Made by a program: the position numbers and the translations under genes
In this document: one piece after another, positions 43,143 through 56,900 of the stretch
How positions within the stretch are numbered: position 1 is the stretch's first letter
How the letters are laid out: every line of letters starts with the position of its first letter
Origin: Ranitomeya imitator
Lineage: Eukaryota
Assembly: GCF_032444005.1 (NCBI RefSeq)
Contig: NC_091283.1
Location: 45,136,001 to 45,200,000, forward strand
Reading direction: 5' to 3'
DNA length: 64,000 bases
Notes under the pieces: generated by a model
What the model was told of the DNA's origin: nothing
The model's database searches: none
The model's input: the letters and a program-made list of their open reading frames with translations, nothing else

Positions 43143-45235
43143 AGATCTACCCTGAAGTTTAGTGAGCGCTCTGCGTGTTATGGTCGGGGCCTTTATTGCT
43201 ATAGGATGTCTAAAAGGAGCGTGTGTTTATATGGGGAGTTGAGAAGAATTGTCGTGGTGTCCCTTTAATCCCCCCCCATTCTATTTAGTGTGTAACGCGC
43301 CCATCGGAGACCCCCGCCTCTTCTGTATCGGGGAACCCCCGCCTCGTTATATCATTAATAATAAAATCCAGCCGTACCTGTAATGCCTTTATCCAGTTGT
43401 TGGTGCCTTTCCCCTTTATCTCACGTCCGAACATTCCGACATTCCGTTTGTGACCTTTACGGAACGCACCATCAGGAATACGCGATCCATTGCGTCACTC
43501 AGGGAATTGAAAGCAGATCGACCCCATTTGATTTTAATAGGGTCCGAATTAGATCTTTTTAGACGATAATAATTCCGCATACAGGATTTTTTTTTTCTCC
43601 CAGTTGTAAAAATTCCGGCCGCCATTACTGATGCAGCAGTGGGTCATTTATTCTGCATGTCATAATGTTTGTGGGGTGTCCCTATAACACGCCCTATGGT
43701 GAAGAGGGTTAGCTTCTTTTTTTGGGGGGAGTATGATTGTGATTTGCATGGCTGTCCCACATTTAGGAGGAGAGGCAAGCGACGTTACATCTGTACAAGC
43801 ACCTCCGCCACTGTATGTGTACCCGGGATTTCATGTGACAGTTCTTCCTGGCGTGTGAGTAAAAATGGAGACTGGTGTCATAGAATGACATCTGCAGGGA
43901 CTGAGGGGGTCCCCCTTTAACCGACTCCTTACCAATGACAATTATGGGGTCTCATCCTCCCCGATTGTGGTAAATGCTGGAGAATTTAAACAGTTGGACA
44001 TTTTCCCCGATTGTTATTTCTTACTATATTATTCTTTTATGTTGTTTTTATAAGTTTATGTTGATGATTCGTCGCTTATGGAATGCCAACTTAACCTGCA
44101 GACATTGTCACGTCAGACCCCGTCTCGCACTTAAGGGTGCAATCCGAAAAAAGCCGCGTGAACTCGTTACGGCCTCATTCCGATTATTTTTCACATACAA
44201 AAAAATTGGACCCGTTATTCTGATCAGATTCTGTGGTCCAAGCATCATCTGAACAAACAAAAACCTCAACCATCTCCATTCTGGGAGTCCGTGAAAATCG
44301 GATCACACTCGGATGTAATTTTTTCGTTGACTTACATTCCCGATTTTGATCCGACCCTTGGATAAAAATCAAACGCATCGCCAATATTTTCCACAGATCA
44401 CTCGGTTCAAGGAAAAAATTCGGACCTGTGAATGGCCCTATAGACTATCATGGGTATAAGTGAAAAACACGGCTGGCACTCGTGCGCAAAAATCAGACGT
44501 CTGAACGAGACCTGAACCTGGCCGTCATTGAGTGACGGACCCGAGATGCGGGCTGCAGCGTTTCCGGGTCCGTCACTGCTAGCGCAGATGGAGCTAGCAG
44601 ATGCGCCATCTGCGCTAGCGCTGTGCCAAAGTCGGCACTTGCGTTAGCGCAGTCCGTTTAACGTATGCGTTGAACGGACTGCACTAACGCAATGGGAATC
44701 TTCGACACTGGACAGGGATACTGAGTTTAGAGAGGATGTCTGGTGTGTGTGTATATATCCTTTAAAAAAAAAAAAAGTAGTGTCTCTGTTTACCTGCCCA
44801 GAAGCAATAGCACATGACCGCTGCAGGCAATCACTGGCTTCTGTGGTCTTGTGATAGATGCAAGCATCATTGCCGAGGCCAGTGATTGTCTGCAGCAGTC
44901 ACGTGCATGATGGATGGCACATCATCACCGCAGAAGATAAACATAAGGGAGTATTTGTCTTGTTTATGTTTGTTTTTTATTTTATTTACCATCCCACAAT
45001 TAGTCAGTTTTCCTTTTACTCCCCGTAATGTCCTGTATCCGCAGGCCAAGCTGCTGGTAAAGGAGCGAACACTTGTGACTAGTACCTACATTTTGATGAT
45101 TTTTTTTTTGCATTGATTAAAAAAAATACTGCCGACCCCTTAAGATTGCCACTTGGACTCCTGGATTAATGTAGAAAGTCATTATTATTTTGCACATTTA
45201 TAGTATATCCACATATTGTAAATGTATGGTAGATG

Positions 45236-45424
45236 CTAGAGTTAGTGCAAATCGATTTGTAGCATCTAGTCCAATTTCTGGCCTTGCGCGACCGCATCGC
45301 AATGGTGGCTTATGGAAAGAATACTGGTAGGTGGGAGGCGGATGACGAGGCTCACGACTGATGCCCATAGATCGCTGACCTAGCCACTGGACTCAGTCTG
45401 GCAAATCAATTTGCGCCAACTCTA
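45236..45424. mobile_element. Short MITE-like element (hAT-like termini)
   Basis: CTAGAGTTAGTGCAAATCGATTTG...CAAATCAATTTGCGCCAACTCTAG imperfect TIRs. Confidence 0.5.
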
Positions 45425-46590
45425 GAAGATTCGAGTCTCCCCACCACTCAGCACTACATGACGCATTTTAGGCCATATTGAGCTGTGAACCTTCTATCGG
45501 TATATATTGCCTAAAGATGATGGCGGTATTACATAGTCGTAGGTATGTCGAGTCTTAGCGCCTGTTATAACCATTACGGACCGCAAATTCTAGACCGGCC
45601 ACAAATCTCTTGTGCCGAACAGCTTTATGACTGTGTAATGACATATGTGGTTGTTGCGTTTGGGTTAGGAGACCCACGGCCACTCTGTAAAACGTGTCCT
45701 GCACGTGGACCGTTGAGGTGGACATTGGAAATCTGGCCACTTCTATGCAATACAGATTCTAAAAAATGTGAAAAAACGGCTGACTAGTCCCTTACATCAA
45801 CACTGGTGTAACGAAATGTTAGCAAATAATTTGGTGATCATCACTCATAGTTTAGGCAGTGCGATTGCCTTTCTAGGAATTGCATCTATACAAGATAACA
45901 TAGAGGGCCCAAAAAAATAAGCTGGGCGGGAAATCCATTGCGTGTTACAGTGCCGAAAGTTTTCAGAGAAAATCCTCATTGGAAATTCTGCTCCTTTTCG
46001 TTGAGGGTTTCATCTTTTGCGACACTGAGGGTGAAGTCTGTTGTAAATGCACCTGATATTATGCGGATTTTTACAGCTGCGGAAAATCCGCAGCAGCTAA
46101 GCCCCAAATGGACATAACTTCAAAGTCGCTGTACAGTTTGGAGAACTTCAGTTGCATCGGTCAACAGCTTCTTGTATATGGGGGTCTAGGACGGGGGAGG
46201 GAAGGGTCCAGCATATTGGATTTTCAACTGCTGATCACTTTATTCTCCAGGAGGCCGCTGCCAGATGGTAGCCACAGTGTCTTGTGAGCACGGGAGCGCC
46301 CAAATGAGCCCAAAATTCCCATGTATGGGGTCTCGGAAGTGATAGAGAAGAAATTTCCACTTTAACTGGTTGACGGGTGGCGCTGAGTTTTGCAGGTTCC
46401 AGCCAGCATTCAACTTAGTTTGATTGTTTTTATTTTCTTGTAAAATCGAAAAGATAACTAGAATATACAAAAAGTACAAAATGCCAAAAAAAAAACACCT
46501 ATAGTCATCTCACCTGAATGTAGGCTGCTCCTCATCTGTTCCTGCACTGAAAGGTTGGAGCAAACGATCCACAGAAAAAAGTAAGTTGAT

Positions 46591-46668
46591 CGTTATTCCA
46601 ACGCGTTTCGACCGAAGTCTTAATCATGGCCATGATTAAGACTTCAGTCTAAACGCGTCGGAATAACG
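46591..46668. ncRNA. 78-bp palindrome made of two head-to-head minimal hammerhead-like motifs
   Basis: Minus 46629-46598 reads CC-ATGATTA-A-GAC-TTCG-GTC-GAAA-C-GC-GTT-GG. The plus copy has TTCA/TAAA substitutions and GTC at the cleavage site. Three mismatches between the arms. Confidence 0.5.
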
Positions 46669-49600
46669 CTGCTATACTTTGAAATTTTGCGTGACATGCT
46701 GTGAAATATTCATGAGTTTAATATTTTGGAGTGGTGTACTATATTTTTAATGAAGAAATAGAAACCGGTTTTAACTTCAATCTTGCTGAATTCAACTTAC
46801 CGTACTTTTTTCAAAAGTACAAAATGGTTTAAGGTATATGCATACGTTGTGGATTTTGCTGCGGATCCGCAGCGGATTGGCAGCAGTTTTCCCTGAGTTT
46901 ACAGTACCATGTAAACCTATGGAAAACCAAATCTGCAGTGCACATGCTGCGGAAAAAAATGCGCGGAAACGTAGTGTTGTTTATTCCGCAGCATGTCAGT
47001 TCTTTGTGCGGATTCCGCAGCGGTTTACACCTGCTTCATAATAGGAATCCGCAGGTGTTAAACCGCTGTTGGAATCCGCAAAAAAACACGGTAAATCCGC
47101 AGGTAATCCGCAGTGCTGTTTACCTGCGGATTTACCAAAATCGGTCCGGAAAATTCTGCACCACTTTCCGCAACGTGTGCACGTGGCCTTAAGGTTCGGG
47201 TATACGCAATGCTGCCAATGGCCGCGATCAGGCCTAGCTTTCAAAGTCCTTGGCCAATGACGTTCCCGTAGTCATAAGGTTGTGTCTTTATGGCGGCTTT
47301 AAAGAGTCCGAGGTACCAGAAAATGTGCACGAGGACAAAACGCAGCCTCCATTCCATCCCCCAAAAATTGAAAATCCATATCCTATGACTTATAAAAAAA
47401 AAAATAAATCAATGTCATTTGGGAATATGGATAAAAAAAGTAGACCTCTTATGCCCCAAGGTATGGACGATGGGGTGGCTGGACGCTGGTACCCTCTCTG
47501 CCACCGATTCAGATGATCTCTCTTTAGTAGAGAAGGAAAGTCAGAAGTTGTGAGTCTCGTTACGTGATGGGTCATTGTGCTCTATTAGTTTTATGACTCT
47601 GAGAAAATGTATTGTACTAATAATAAAGACGTGTAGTAAAAATCCCGGGAGCTCTTACTGGATGAATGCCCTTCTTGAAATTAGGACAATTCCAAAACTT
47701 TTTCCAGCTTCGGTTTCTCTTGAGATTTTGGGGTGTTGTAAGTGATTTTGCTGCTTTTGCCTATTGAAAAAAAAAAATACAAAACAGTACATATCCAATT
47801 TTTCTTGTGCTGAGAATAGGCCACCATGTTGTTTTGTAGATTGTGTAAATGTTGTGCTTTAGATCCTCCAGTCGCGTCCGTGGTGCAAACCCTGTGCAGT
47901 TGTCAAATTCTATTTTCCCCTTTTGCTTGTTTTTGACCAAAGTTACTGCTTTTTCTCCTGACTCCTTTCCATGGAGAGATCGGCCAGGGAAGGTTTATAA
48001 TACTTGTTTTTGTTTTGATACTTTGCGCCTCTGGCTGGCTGCCGTATATCTCAGAGCGAGCACCACTGCTTACTGTATCGGCATCAACATGGCGACCACA
48101 CCATTGGATCCAGTGGTAGAGCAGGGAGTCATAGGCTCCCTGGTCCACCATCCTCCATCTGAAGGTCAGAGGTTGCTGTAGGCTCGCAAAGCTACGAGAC
48201 AACACAAATGGCGCAATGATGGCCTTTTTCGAATGCAGGGGAGAAGAGGACTGGATGGCTCACATTTAGTGACTATACACTGTATTTTTGTTGTGAGGGG
48301 GATTATTACCTTTGGAGGGGCATTTGGATATTTTTTGCAAGGGAGGCACTACACAGCCAGTAATACCTTTTTTAAGGGGACATTATTTGTGTTAAGGGGG
48401 CATTCAGGGAATTATTACTGGGTTAGAGGACCCAATACTTTCCCTGCATCTTGCACCCCATGTTATGTTGGTTGTTAGGGCAGATACTTTTTAGGTTCTA
48501 TCTTCACGTCCATATTGCATGTGAATCATACCCTCTGTGGTACATCCAAAAATGTCATATTTGCCCCTAAAGGAGCGCAAAAATTAATATATTTTTTTTC
48601 CACTGGGGTTGTCGTATAGATACCCGAAAGGCATTGTGGCCTAGTTACTGGTAACCGCCACCTCTGTCCAGTAATGCAGCATGTCACGTTCACACGTTTG
48701 GTTTTATTGCGGTATTTTGCCAGGCAGATCTTGCAATAGAATTACGGTAATAGGAATTTAACAAAAACAAATTCTCTATTCACAATGATTATGGGTTGAT
48801 GGGAACGCAACTTTTTTTTTTTTTTTTGTATAAACTACACCAAGCCTGATCTCTTGTGGGTTTCTTGTGATTTTGTTGTGGTTTTTTTTTCTTTTTTCTT
48901 TTATGTGACTTCAAATTGGGAAAACCAAGTCATAAAAAAGCAGTACGCGATCTCGGTTATACATAGCAGCTCTATAAACTGGTCCCAGCACCAAAAACCT
49001 GTGGCAGAACTGTGAGGGACCATATTTTTCTGTCAGGAAATCGCTTCGTGACAGCCCAATAATGGTGCCTACTTTGGTTGTCACTCCTTTACAAATCTGC
49101 GCATACACATAAAATGGCTGTCGACCTAATGCGAGTTTTTCACAAATTGTCAATTTAAGTTGACAGAATTTTTTTTCTTCTCGTGGGGGCGGTAGTGTTT
49201 TATTATATAAAATGTGAGTCACAAGTGTGTTCTCTGACTACACAGAAACCTCAACATCTGTCTAGAGTTAGGTGAACCATGGTGCCGTGTGTCCAAATCA
49301 GAACCGAGTAATCCTTGTGCCTAGACGTTGGCACGTGTCATGCATTTTTGGTGCATATTTTAATATTAATAATGTTTATTTTCTGTCAAATGGCCATTAA
49401 GAAAAAAAAATGGCTGCTGACTGCATCCGCGTTGGAGCCTCTGTCACGTTACCAGAGCTGTATGCAGTATTTTTTTTTTCTTGGCGTGTTACTAGAACCA
49501 TTGTGTCCCTCTTGTCACATATCCGCCATAGTTTTTTCCAAACTTAAAAAAAACGGAGTTTGGGACGTAGTTGTGAACTGTCGCCACTCTGCTTGATGCT

Positions 49601-50031
49601 GTGTTAGGCCGCATTCACACTTGTGAAACTAGGGAGTCCAAAACATAGAAACAACATAAATTTCAGCTTTTCTCTTACTTCTGACTTAAAAAGTACCGTA
49701 TATTATGGTTTAATTTTTGCAAAAGGTGATGTTGGTTTTGCAGCAATCTCCACCTCCCTACGGGGTGTCCAGATATTGCAGAATTGCGGTAGATTTGCGG
49801 AGCCTATTTACTTTATATATAGATGTAGTTTCATGGCCCATTTTGCCGAAATTCAGTAAACGAACATTCATGGGAATAATCAATCCCAACTATCAGCTAG
49901 TCTAAACCAACCGGCATTCACTTGACAAGCGATTAAATGCTCGGCAGCACATTGTTCAGTGTAAACGAGAGATGTGCTTCCGATAAAGTCTTGTAATGGC
50001 CTAGATTGGCTTGGGACATTAAACCCCATAT

Positions 50032-50035
<4 letters not shown>

Positions 50036-50109
<74 letters not shown>
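50036..50109. repeat. (CA)n microsatellite
   Basis: About 35 CA units. Confidence 0.98.
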
Positions 50110-50111
<2 letters not shown>

Positions 50112-50458
50112 TGTGCACACGGTTTATGCACACGTCAGGATTTTCTAGCAGAAATTTCCTGACAAAAAACAGACATTTCTGCCAGAAATCCGCATGCGTT
50201 TTTTTCGCGTTTTTTGACGCGTTTTTTCCCAATGTATAGGATAGCGGGAAAAACGCAAAAAAAATGCAAAATTAATGAACATGCTGCTTTTTTTCCCGCA
50301 ATACGGTTTTTTTTTTTTTTTTTTTGCGGAAAAAAACGCATCATGTGCACAAAAATTTCAGAATGCATTCTAAATGATAGGATGCATATGTCTGCAGTTT
50401 CTAATGCGTTTTTATCGCGAAAAAAACGCGAAAAAACCTTAATGCGTGCACATACCCT
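50110..50458. mobile_element. Harbinger-type MITE; second copy at ~51437-51793
   Basis: GGGTATGTGCAC/GTGCACATACCC termini and a shared internal sequence (CAGGATT...GCAGAAATTT...CCTGACAAAAA). Confidence 0.75.
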
Positions 50459-52933
50459 TAAGCTACATAGTATATTCCAAACTGTGGATTGCGGTACACA
50501 AGCCTGCACTGACCGAGTCAATATAAATTTTCCGGCATCATACGTCCATGGCAGCCATCATTGGAATCGCCATCTTTGCAGCAGTTTTGTCACTTCTTGT
50601 TTTCTTTTTTTTCTTTTTTTTTTCCCTTGCTTCGCGTGCGTCTCTCCAGGAAAAGCACACTGCGAGTAGCATCTTTGGATCTCCCTGGAGATAATCAAAT
50701 CGGTTTGCAAATTTCTCGGCGATACTATAGATGGATGAAGCTATTACTATCAATAAGCAGAACAAGTTGGAAGTCAGTCCGCTCGTCCATATTACGTATA
50801 GTCATCTGTCCAGCGTGCCCACAGTTTCCGTGACCTTAGCTACCAGCCGGTGCCTCGTTTCTGGTTGTCGTGCTTTGCCCTTCTTCTTGGCTCTGTGCAT
50901 TTCGTCCTCTGCCTCTTCATTCTATACATGCCATTCAGTGTCTGCATAGTTTTAACCCTTGCTGCTTGCATGGAGGAGCCGGTCATTGTTTCCAGTAATG
51001 ATCACCCCCCCCTCCCCAAATGATCTACGTTACATGGGATCATAGTGCAAACTGGGATGAATGTGTTCATGTATGCTGCTACTATACAACCGTATAGACT
51101 TGTGCTGCCGTACCTCGTCTTGGGTGTGAACATAAAACCGTGATTTGTATCAGACTGATATTTCCGAGTATGTCCTCAAATAAGGTGCTGACCTATATGT
51201 ACGTCCAGGACCAATTAATCTAGTAAAAGGCCTATTCACACTGGCTGATTCCTGCCTATAAACTATCACCTTTTAATGACCTTTTCACAAGGACCATTAA
51301 CGTAATCACCATATCCCCCAATACAGCATGTTTGTTGTTGGCAGCGCATCCCTTGTTTGCATAGGGTGATGAGCTGCCAACAATCCAATCATCGAGTGTT
51401 TTCGTCATTCCTTGGGCTGATCGGCCGATGAGTTCAGGGTATGTGCACATGTCAGGATTTCTGGCAGAAATTTTCCTGACAAAAACCCAAAATTTCTGCC
51501 AGAAATTCCCATGCGTTTTTTTTTTTCCACGGTTTAGATGCTTTTTTTGTGTGTTTTTGATGCGTTTTTTCTTGCGTTTTTTCCAAATGCATAGATTAGC
51601 GGGAAAAACGCAGAAAATTCGCAAAATTAATGAACATGCTGCTTTTTTTACCGCAGTGCGTTTTTTTGTTGGCGGAAAAAAACCGCATCATGTGCACAAA
51701 AATTGCAGAATGCATTCTAAATGATAGGATGCATAGGTAGGCGTTTTCTAATGCGTTTTTATCGCGAAAAAACCTGAAGGTGTGCACATACCCTCACACA
51801 GTCCTACGATCGGGAACGATCATTATCGGTCCACATAAACAGACGTCTGCACACGTACGAAGCCCCCGTGTAGTTGATGCCTCGGAAAATCACATTTTTA
51901 TCACTGACGAATTCCGTGTTTTTTGTTTGTTTTTTTTTCTATTAAAAGAAAACTTGCTAAAAAGTTGTTTAGTTTGTTTGTTTTTTTTTTTTGTTTGTTT
52001 TTTTTGTACAAGTCGTCTTTTTTTATCAGTACGCATGTTTTTAGCCTTTAGAATTCAGAGTTTAATTTTTAATATACCATAAGCATAGCTATGAAATATG
52101 CCATGGAATATGATCCCTATTTCAGCAAAATTGCAAAAATGGCCAAAAAAAAAAAGAATAGTCTCCTTCAATGGCCAGTGTGAAGTCAGCATCCTCGGTG
52201 CCCTCCTTTTGAAGGATCGTTCTGTCTTTTCTCGTTTTCAGAAAGTGTCTGTCGCAATCCAACTTCTAAGAAAAAAAAAATTCCTCCATAAAAAGTCAGA
52301 AATTATCCGCGCGCTTCGCCGCTCTGTGACAGGACCCAGCGCCAACATCTAGTCTGTTAGAAGGAATTGTCGGTAATGGGGTTGTGACTTCTAAGGATGT
52401 TCTTTCTGGAGAGGTCACAGACTGTGCCAGCCATTTTTTCTGTAAAACAAAACGGAGGAACGGTATTAGGATCATTGTTGGCTATAATCTGGCACTCACT
52501 GGTATCAGCCGATTACAGCCAATGGTGGCCATGCAATCTGTGAACAGGGAAGCCCAACATCACCGATCCCTTATTGTCGACCATCCACTTCTTCCAACAT
52601 CCACTTTGTGTGTGGCTGAAGTGGGGAGGATTGATATGGAGCGAGCACAAGCAGACGTCTGCCATTGCCAGCTGCAGTTGGCGCTAGCTCTGATCACAGC
52701 AGTATAACCCCCTTAGATACTGTGATCACTGTTCACCATAGCGTCTAAGTCGTTAAATGAGGGAAGACCCATTGGGATCCCGATAGGTTGTTTAATGGCC
52801 CATTTAAGAGGCCAAAATTTGGACTGAAGTATGTACCTGATTGGTATATAAAACAAAAGATGTTTGTAGCATAATTTTACAATTTTGATATTTTTTTTTC
52901 AATGTTCCGAAATTGTACACCAGTGCACCTAAG

Positions 52934-53258
52934 GGTATGTTTCCACGGTCAGTAAACGCTGCGGGTTTGACGCTGCGTTCATTCACAGCCACACTATGTG
53001 TGCAAGGACACCTCCGGCTTCTCTGCGGAGACGGACATGTGGGGCGTATTTCGAGACCGCAGCATGTCAATTTATCTTGCAGAGACCCTCCGTCTCCGCA
53101 ATCTAAATTTCCTGTCCAATGTATAGGGCGCGGTGATTCCGCACGGTTCAGTGAACACATGCGGAATCACCTGCGTTCAAAAGCCGGCAGCGCGTTGGAC
53201 GGAGCGGACATGTGCTGCGTCCATAGCACTGCCGGTTCCTGACTGTGGAAACATAGCC
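52934..53258. mobile_element. Harbinger-type MITE
   Basis: TAA|GGGTATGTTTCCAC...GTGGAAACATAGCC|TAA. Confidence 0.8.
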
Positions 53259-53890
53259 TAAGGGTAATATAAATCTAATTCATCTTATCAGCATTGCCCA
53301 TCCTGTTCCTTTCGCAGTAACGCTCTACTACTACAATAGTAAGCACCTTGGCGCATTTACGTCTTTGCTCGACAGGATGGCTCGGCCGTTTTTTGTTTTT
53401 TTTTTTTCTTTCAGGCAGTGATCATTCAGGCAGCTCGTGCATATTTCCATCAGTCTGTTCCCCCAAGGGACAAAGAGCCATGTGTGAGACTAAAACTCAT
53501 TAGGATCATCACCCCGTTGGCCGTCACTCGTTTCTGTGGTGGAAACACGACATGTTAGGAGGTGTATAGGTAGCCGGTGCCATGGGCGCTGTAAATGGCA
53601 GCCTGTGTGTTAACCCGTGGTGCCCTCTGTTATGGAGGAAGGCTTATACTTTACTGCCTAGAAATAATACGCCGTGGATGTTCAGCACTAGTATTTCCTG
53701 TCTGATGGTCGGCCGTCCCTGCCAGGAAAATAGGCCGGAGCTGAGGAGACAGCTTTTACCTCATACTAAATGCAAGGGTGCACATAGCTAGAAGGAAATA
53801 CAAATATACTAATGTCTGCCTTTTGGGTATTTTCTACCTTAAGAATTTAACTTTTATTTTGGCTTTTTTTGTTATTATTACTCTATTTAG

Positions 53891-53931
53891 GAGGGATCAT
53901 TCATTTCCAGTTTGTTTCTCTATCCAGTGTG
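53891..53931 (+). other. Possible small non-coding exon of the plus-strand gene
   Basis: T-rich tract ending ctatttag| and a donor GTG|GTAAGA; no homology support. Confidence 0.2.
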
Positions 53932-56900
53932 GTAAGAAATAATATTTTACTACCAGGAAACCATCAACAAGCAGGCTAGCTGCTGTAAACCGTTCTTAAT
54001 GTGGCTTTGTTTCTATGCTAATTATACCAAGAACGGCACATAATTGAAGGTTGGATATTGATGACCTATCCTTAGTGCAGGTCTTCAGTATCAGATGGGT
54101 GACTAGAATACAAAAGTCATCCCTGCCGAATAACATATATGCAGCCCGTCAATGGAAGTCCAGGCCCAGCCACAGATCACGGCAGCAATCAATCGATCGA
54201 TGATTATTGTTGTCCAAGGCCACTACTGTAACTGACCAACAAGAGTGATTAGTCGTTCTGAAATTATCTAGTTCTTCATGGGTTGTCTTATGAAGGTTAC
54301 CCCTTTTTCAGATCGAATGTGCCCCTTCTCTGACCAGACACCTTTTTCCTTCTCTGAATATGTAGTAATACATCCCAGCCATGAAAATAAATGGCCACCC
54401 ATGTATTATATGAATGGGCCAGGTCCTCCAGAGAGAGAGGGGGTCACTCTTTGTAGTTGGTGCTCCTTCTGGATAATAGAAGGTGGTCCCATGCAGGATA
54501 TTGGGGAGTAGGAGATCTATGCACATGGGAAAGGGTTGTCTTGATGACCCGAAGAAGCAAAATGACCTTCGATTCTGGTATTTGTGCAAGACCGTGTTGA
54601 GAAAGGACCATGCCCCTTTTAGTTTTAGATGAAACCTTTACTGATGAATAGACAGTTCAGAAAAAAAATGGTAAAGCTTAGCTGTTAGGTATGTAACCTC
54701 AAGTTTGATAAAGCTGAAGTATGATTTCAGCTCTGGAGTGAAATATGTAGTACAAGATGTACACATGATATATAATCCTATAAAACCTGTCAGGGTATGT
54801 GCACACGTTGCCGATTTTGCTGCGGATCCGCAGTCGGATTGGCCACTGCGGATTGGCAGCAGTTTTCCATGAGTTTACAGTACCATGTAAACCTATGGAA
54901 AACAAAATCTGCAGTGCACATGCTGCGGAAAAAAACGCACGAAAACGCTGCGTTGTTTATTCCGCAGCATATCAATTCTTTGTGCGGATTCCGCAGTGGT
55001 TTACACCTGCTCCATTATAGGAATCCGCAGGTGTAAAACCGCAGGTGGAATCCGCACGAAAACCGCTGTAATTCCGCAGTGTGGATTTACCAAAATCGGT
55101 GCGGAAAAATCCACACAACATTACGCAACTTGTGCGCATACCCTGAATGATGTGCAAAGGTGAAATGTGAGGTAGAGGCAGTATGTTGTATGGAAGCTTT
55201 GCTGACGGGGTCTGTAGGAGCACAATAATGTTTTCTAGGAGTCCATTATCTGAGTACAGCAGTGTAGCTGCGAACAGCGCAGCGTATATTAATGTACAGA
55301 GCATGAAATCTGTGCTCCGCTCATCGCAGTGTCACCAGAAAGTGTACGGCAGCGTCTGTCTGTCAGGAAGCCACCGTCTTGTTTAGTCCTGATGAAGATT
55401 GACTTCCTGTAATGTAATAGCCCGAGGCGGCAGCCCTGTGTAAGTGGGGTTATCACCCCAGATGCCAGGACACTTTTCCTGTTTGTTTTTTTTAATTGTA
55501 CTTTTTTCACAAAAATTTGGCAATTACACTGGAGACCCTCAACTGCCTTGTGTGTCAATGGGCTTGTGCAGAACATTGCTTTTCCATTTTTTAGGTTGAC
55601 TTCTCATACACTAAGTACACCGTGTTGTTTTTTTTTGTTTGTTTGTTTGTTTTTTCCTCTCTCCTAGCTTAAAGGTACATTTAGCGACGCTGCAGCGATC
55701 TAGACAACGATCCCGATCGCTGCAGCGTCGCTGGAGAGCTGTCACACAGACAGCTCTCCAGCGACCAACGATGCCGGTCCCCGGGTAACCAGGGTAAACA
55801 TCGGGTTACTAAGCGCAGGGCCGCGCTTAGTAACCCGATGTTTACCCTGGTTACGAGCGTAAACTTAAAAAAAAAAACACTATATACTTACATTCCGGTG
55901 TCTGTCCCCCGGCGCTGTGCTTCTCTGCACTGACTGTGAGCGCCAGCCAGAAAACACAGCGGTGACGTCACCGCTGTGCTCTGCTTTACGGCTGGCCGGC
56001 GCTCACAGCACAGCACAGCGCCGGGGGACAGACACCGGAATGTAAGTATGTAGTGTTTGTTTTTTTTACGTTTACACTGGTAAACATCGGGTTACTAAGC
56101 GCGGCCCTGCGCTTAGTAACCCGATGTTTACCCTGGTTACCAGTGAAGACATCGCTAAATCGGCATCACACACGCCGATTCAGCGATGTCTGCAGGAGAG
56201 CCAGCGACGAAATAAAGTGCTGGACTTTCTGCTCCGACCAACGATGGCACAGCAGGATCCAGATCGCTGCTGCCTGTCAAACTGAACGATATCTCTTTCC
56301 AGGACGCTGCAACGTCACGGATCGCTAGCGATATCGTTCCGTGTGAAGGTACCTTTAGGCTAAGTTCACACATGCATTGTGCAGATAACGGGAAAAAACA
56401 AACAAAATAGGATTCCGTCATAATGTCCGCTAAAGTGTCGGAAACCTGTCCAGCCCCTATTAAAGTGAATGGGGTCCATCGGGCACTCTTGGGGGCCATT
56501 ATGATACTGATCTGGCTTTGCGAAAGAGAAGAACGGAATATACAAGTGCATAATGTTTTATGGTGGGGTTGGTTGTACTTTTATCGTCTGCAGAAGGGCT
56601 GTGGAGTCGGTAAGCCAAACCTCTGACTCCTCAATTTCCATCACTCCGAGGAAAATGGGCTCAGACTCCATGACTCCAACTCCACAGGCCTGGTCTGCAG
56701 AGCACCTATCATCTTGGTTTGGGTCCTGCAGGACTGACAGCTGCTCTGTGAACCACTGTATACATCCCGGAAAGTGTATGGGATTCTATGAAAACTCTAC
56801 ATTTGCTAGGGGGAGCCTGAAAAAAAAATGTGCAATTGTGGTTTTTAAGGGCAAAATTGCACTAAAAAACACATTAAAAAAAGGAAAAAGCAATAAAAAA

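Noticed and set aside
42319-43155. (CIDGGER)n, (MHRSPPS)n and (ESGALMA)n ORFs
   Set aside because: A 21-bp VNTR; a 1-bp deletion near 42770 shifts the frames, which is inconsistent with coding constraint.
47462-47516. MDDGVAGRWYPLC as a BICRA N-terminus
   Set aside because: Only MDD matches MDDEDGRCLLDVIC, and there is no supporting splice structure.
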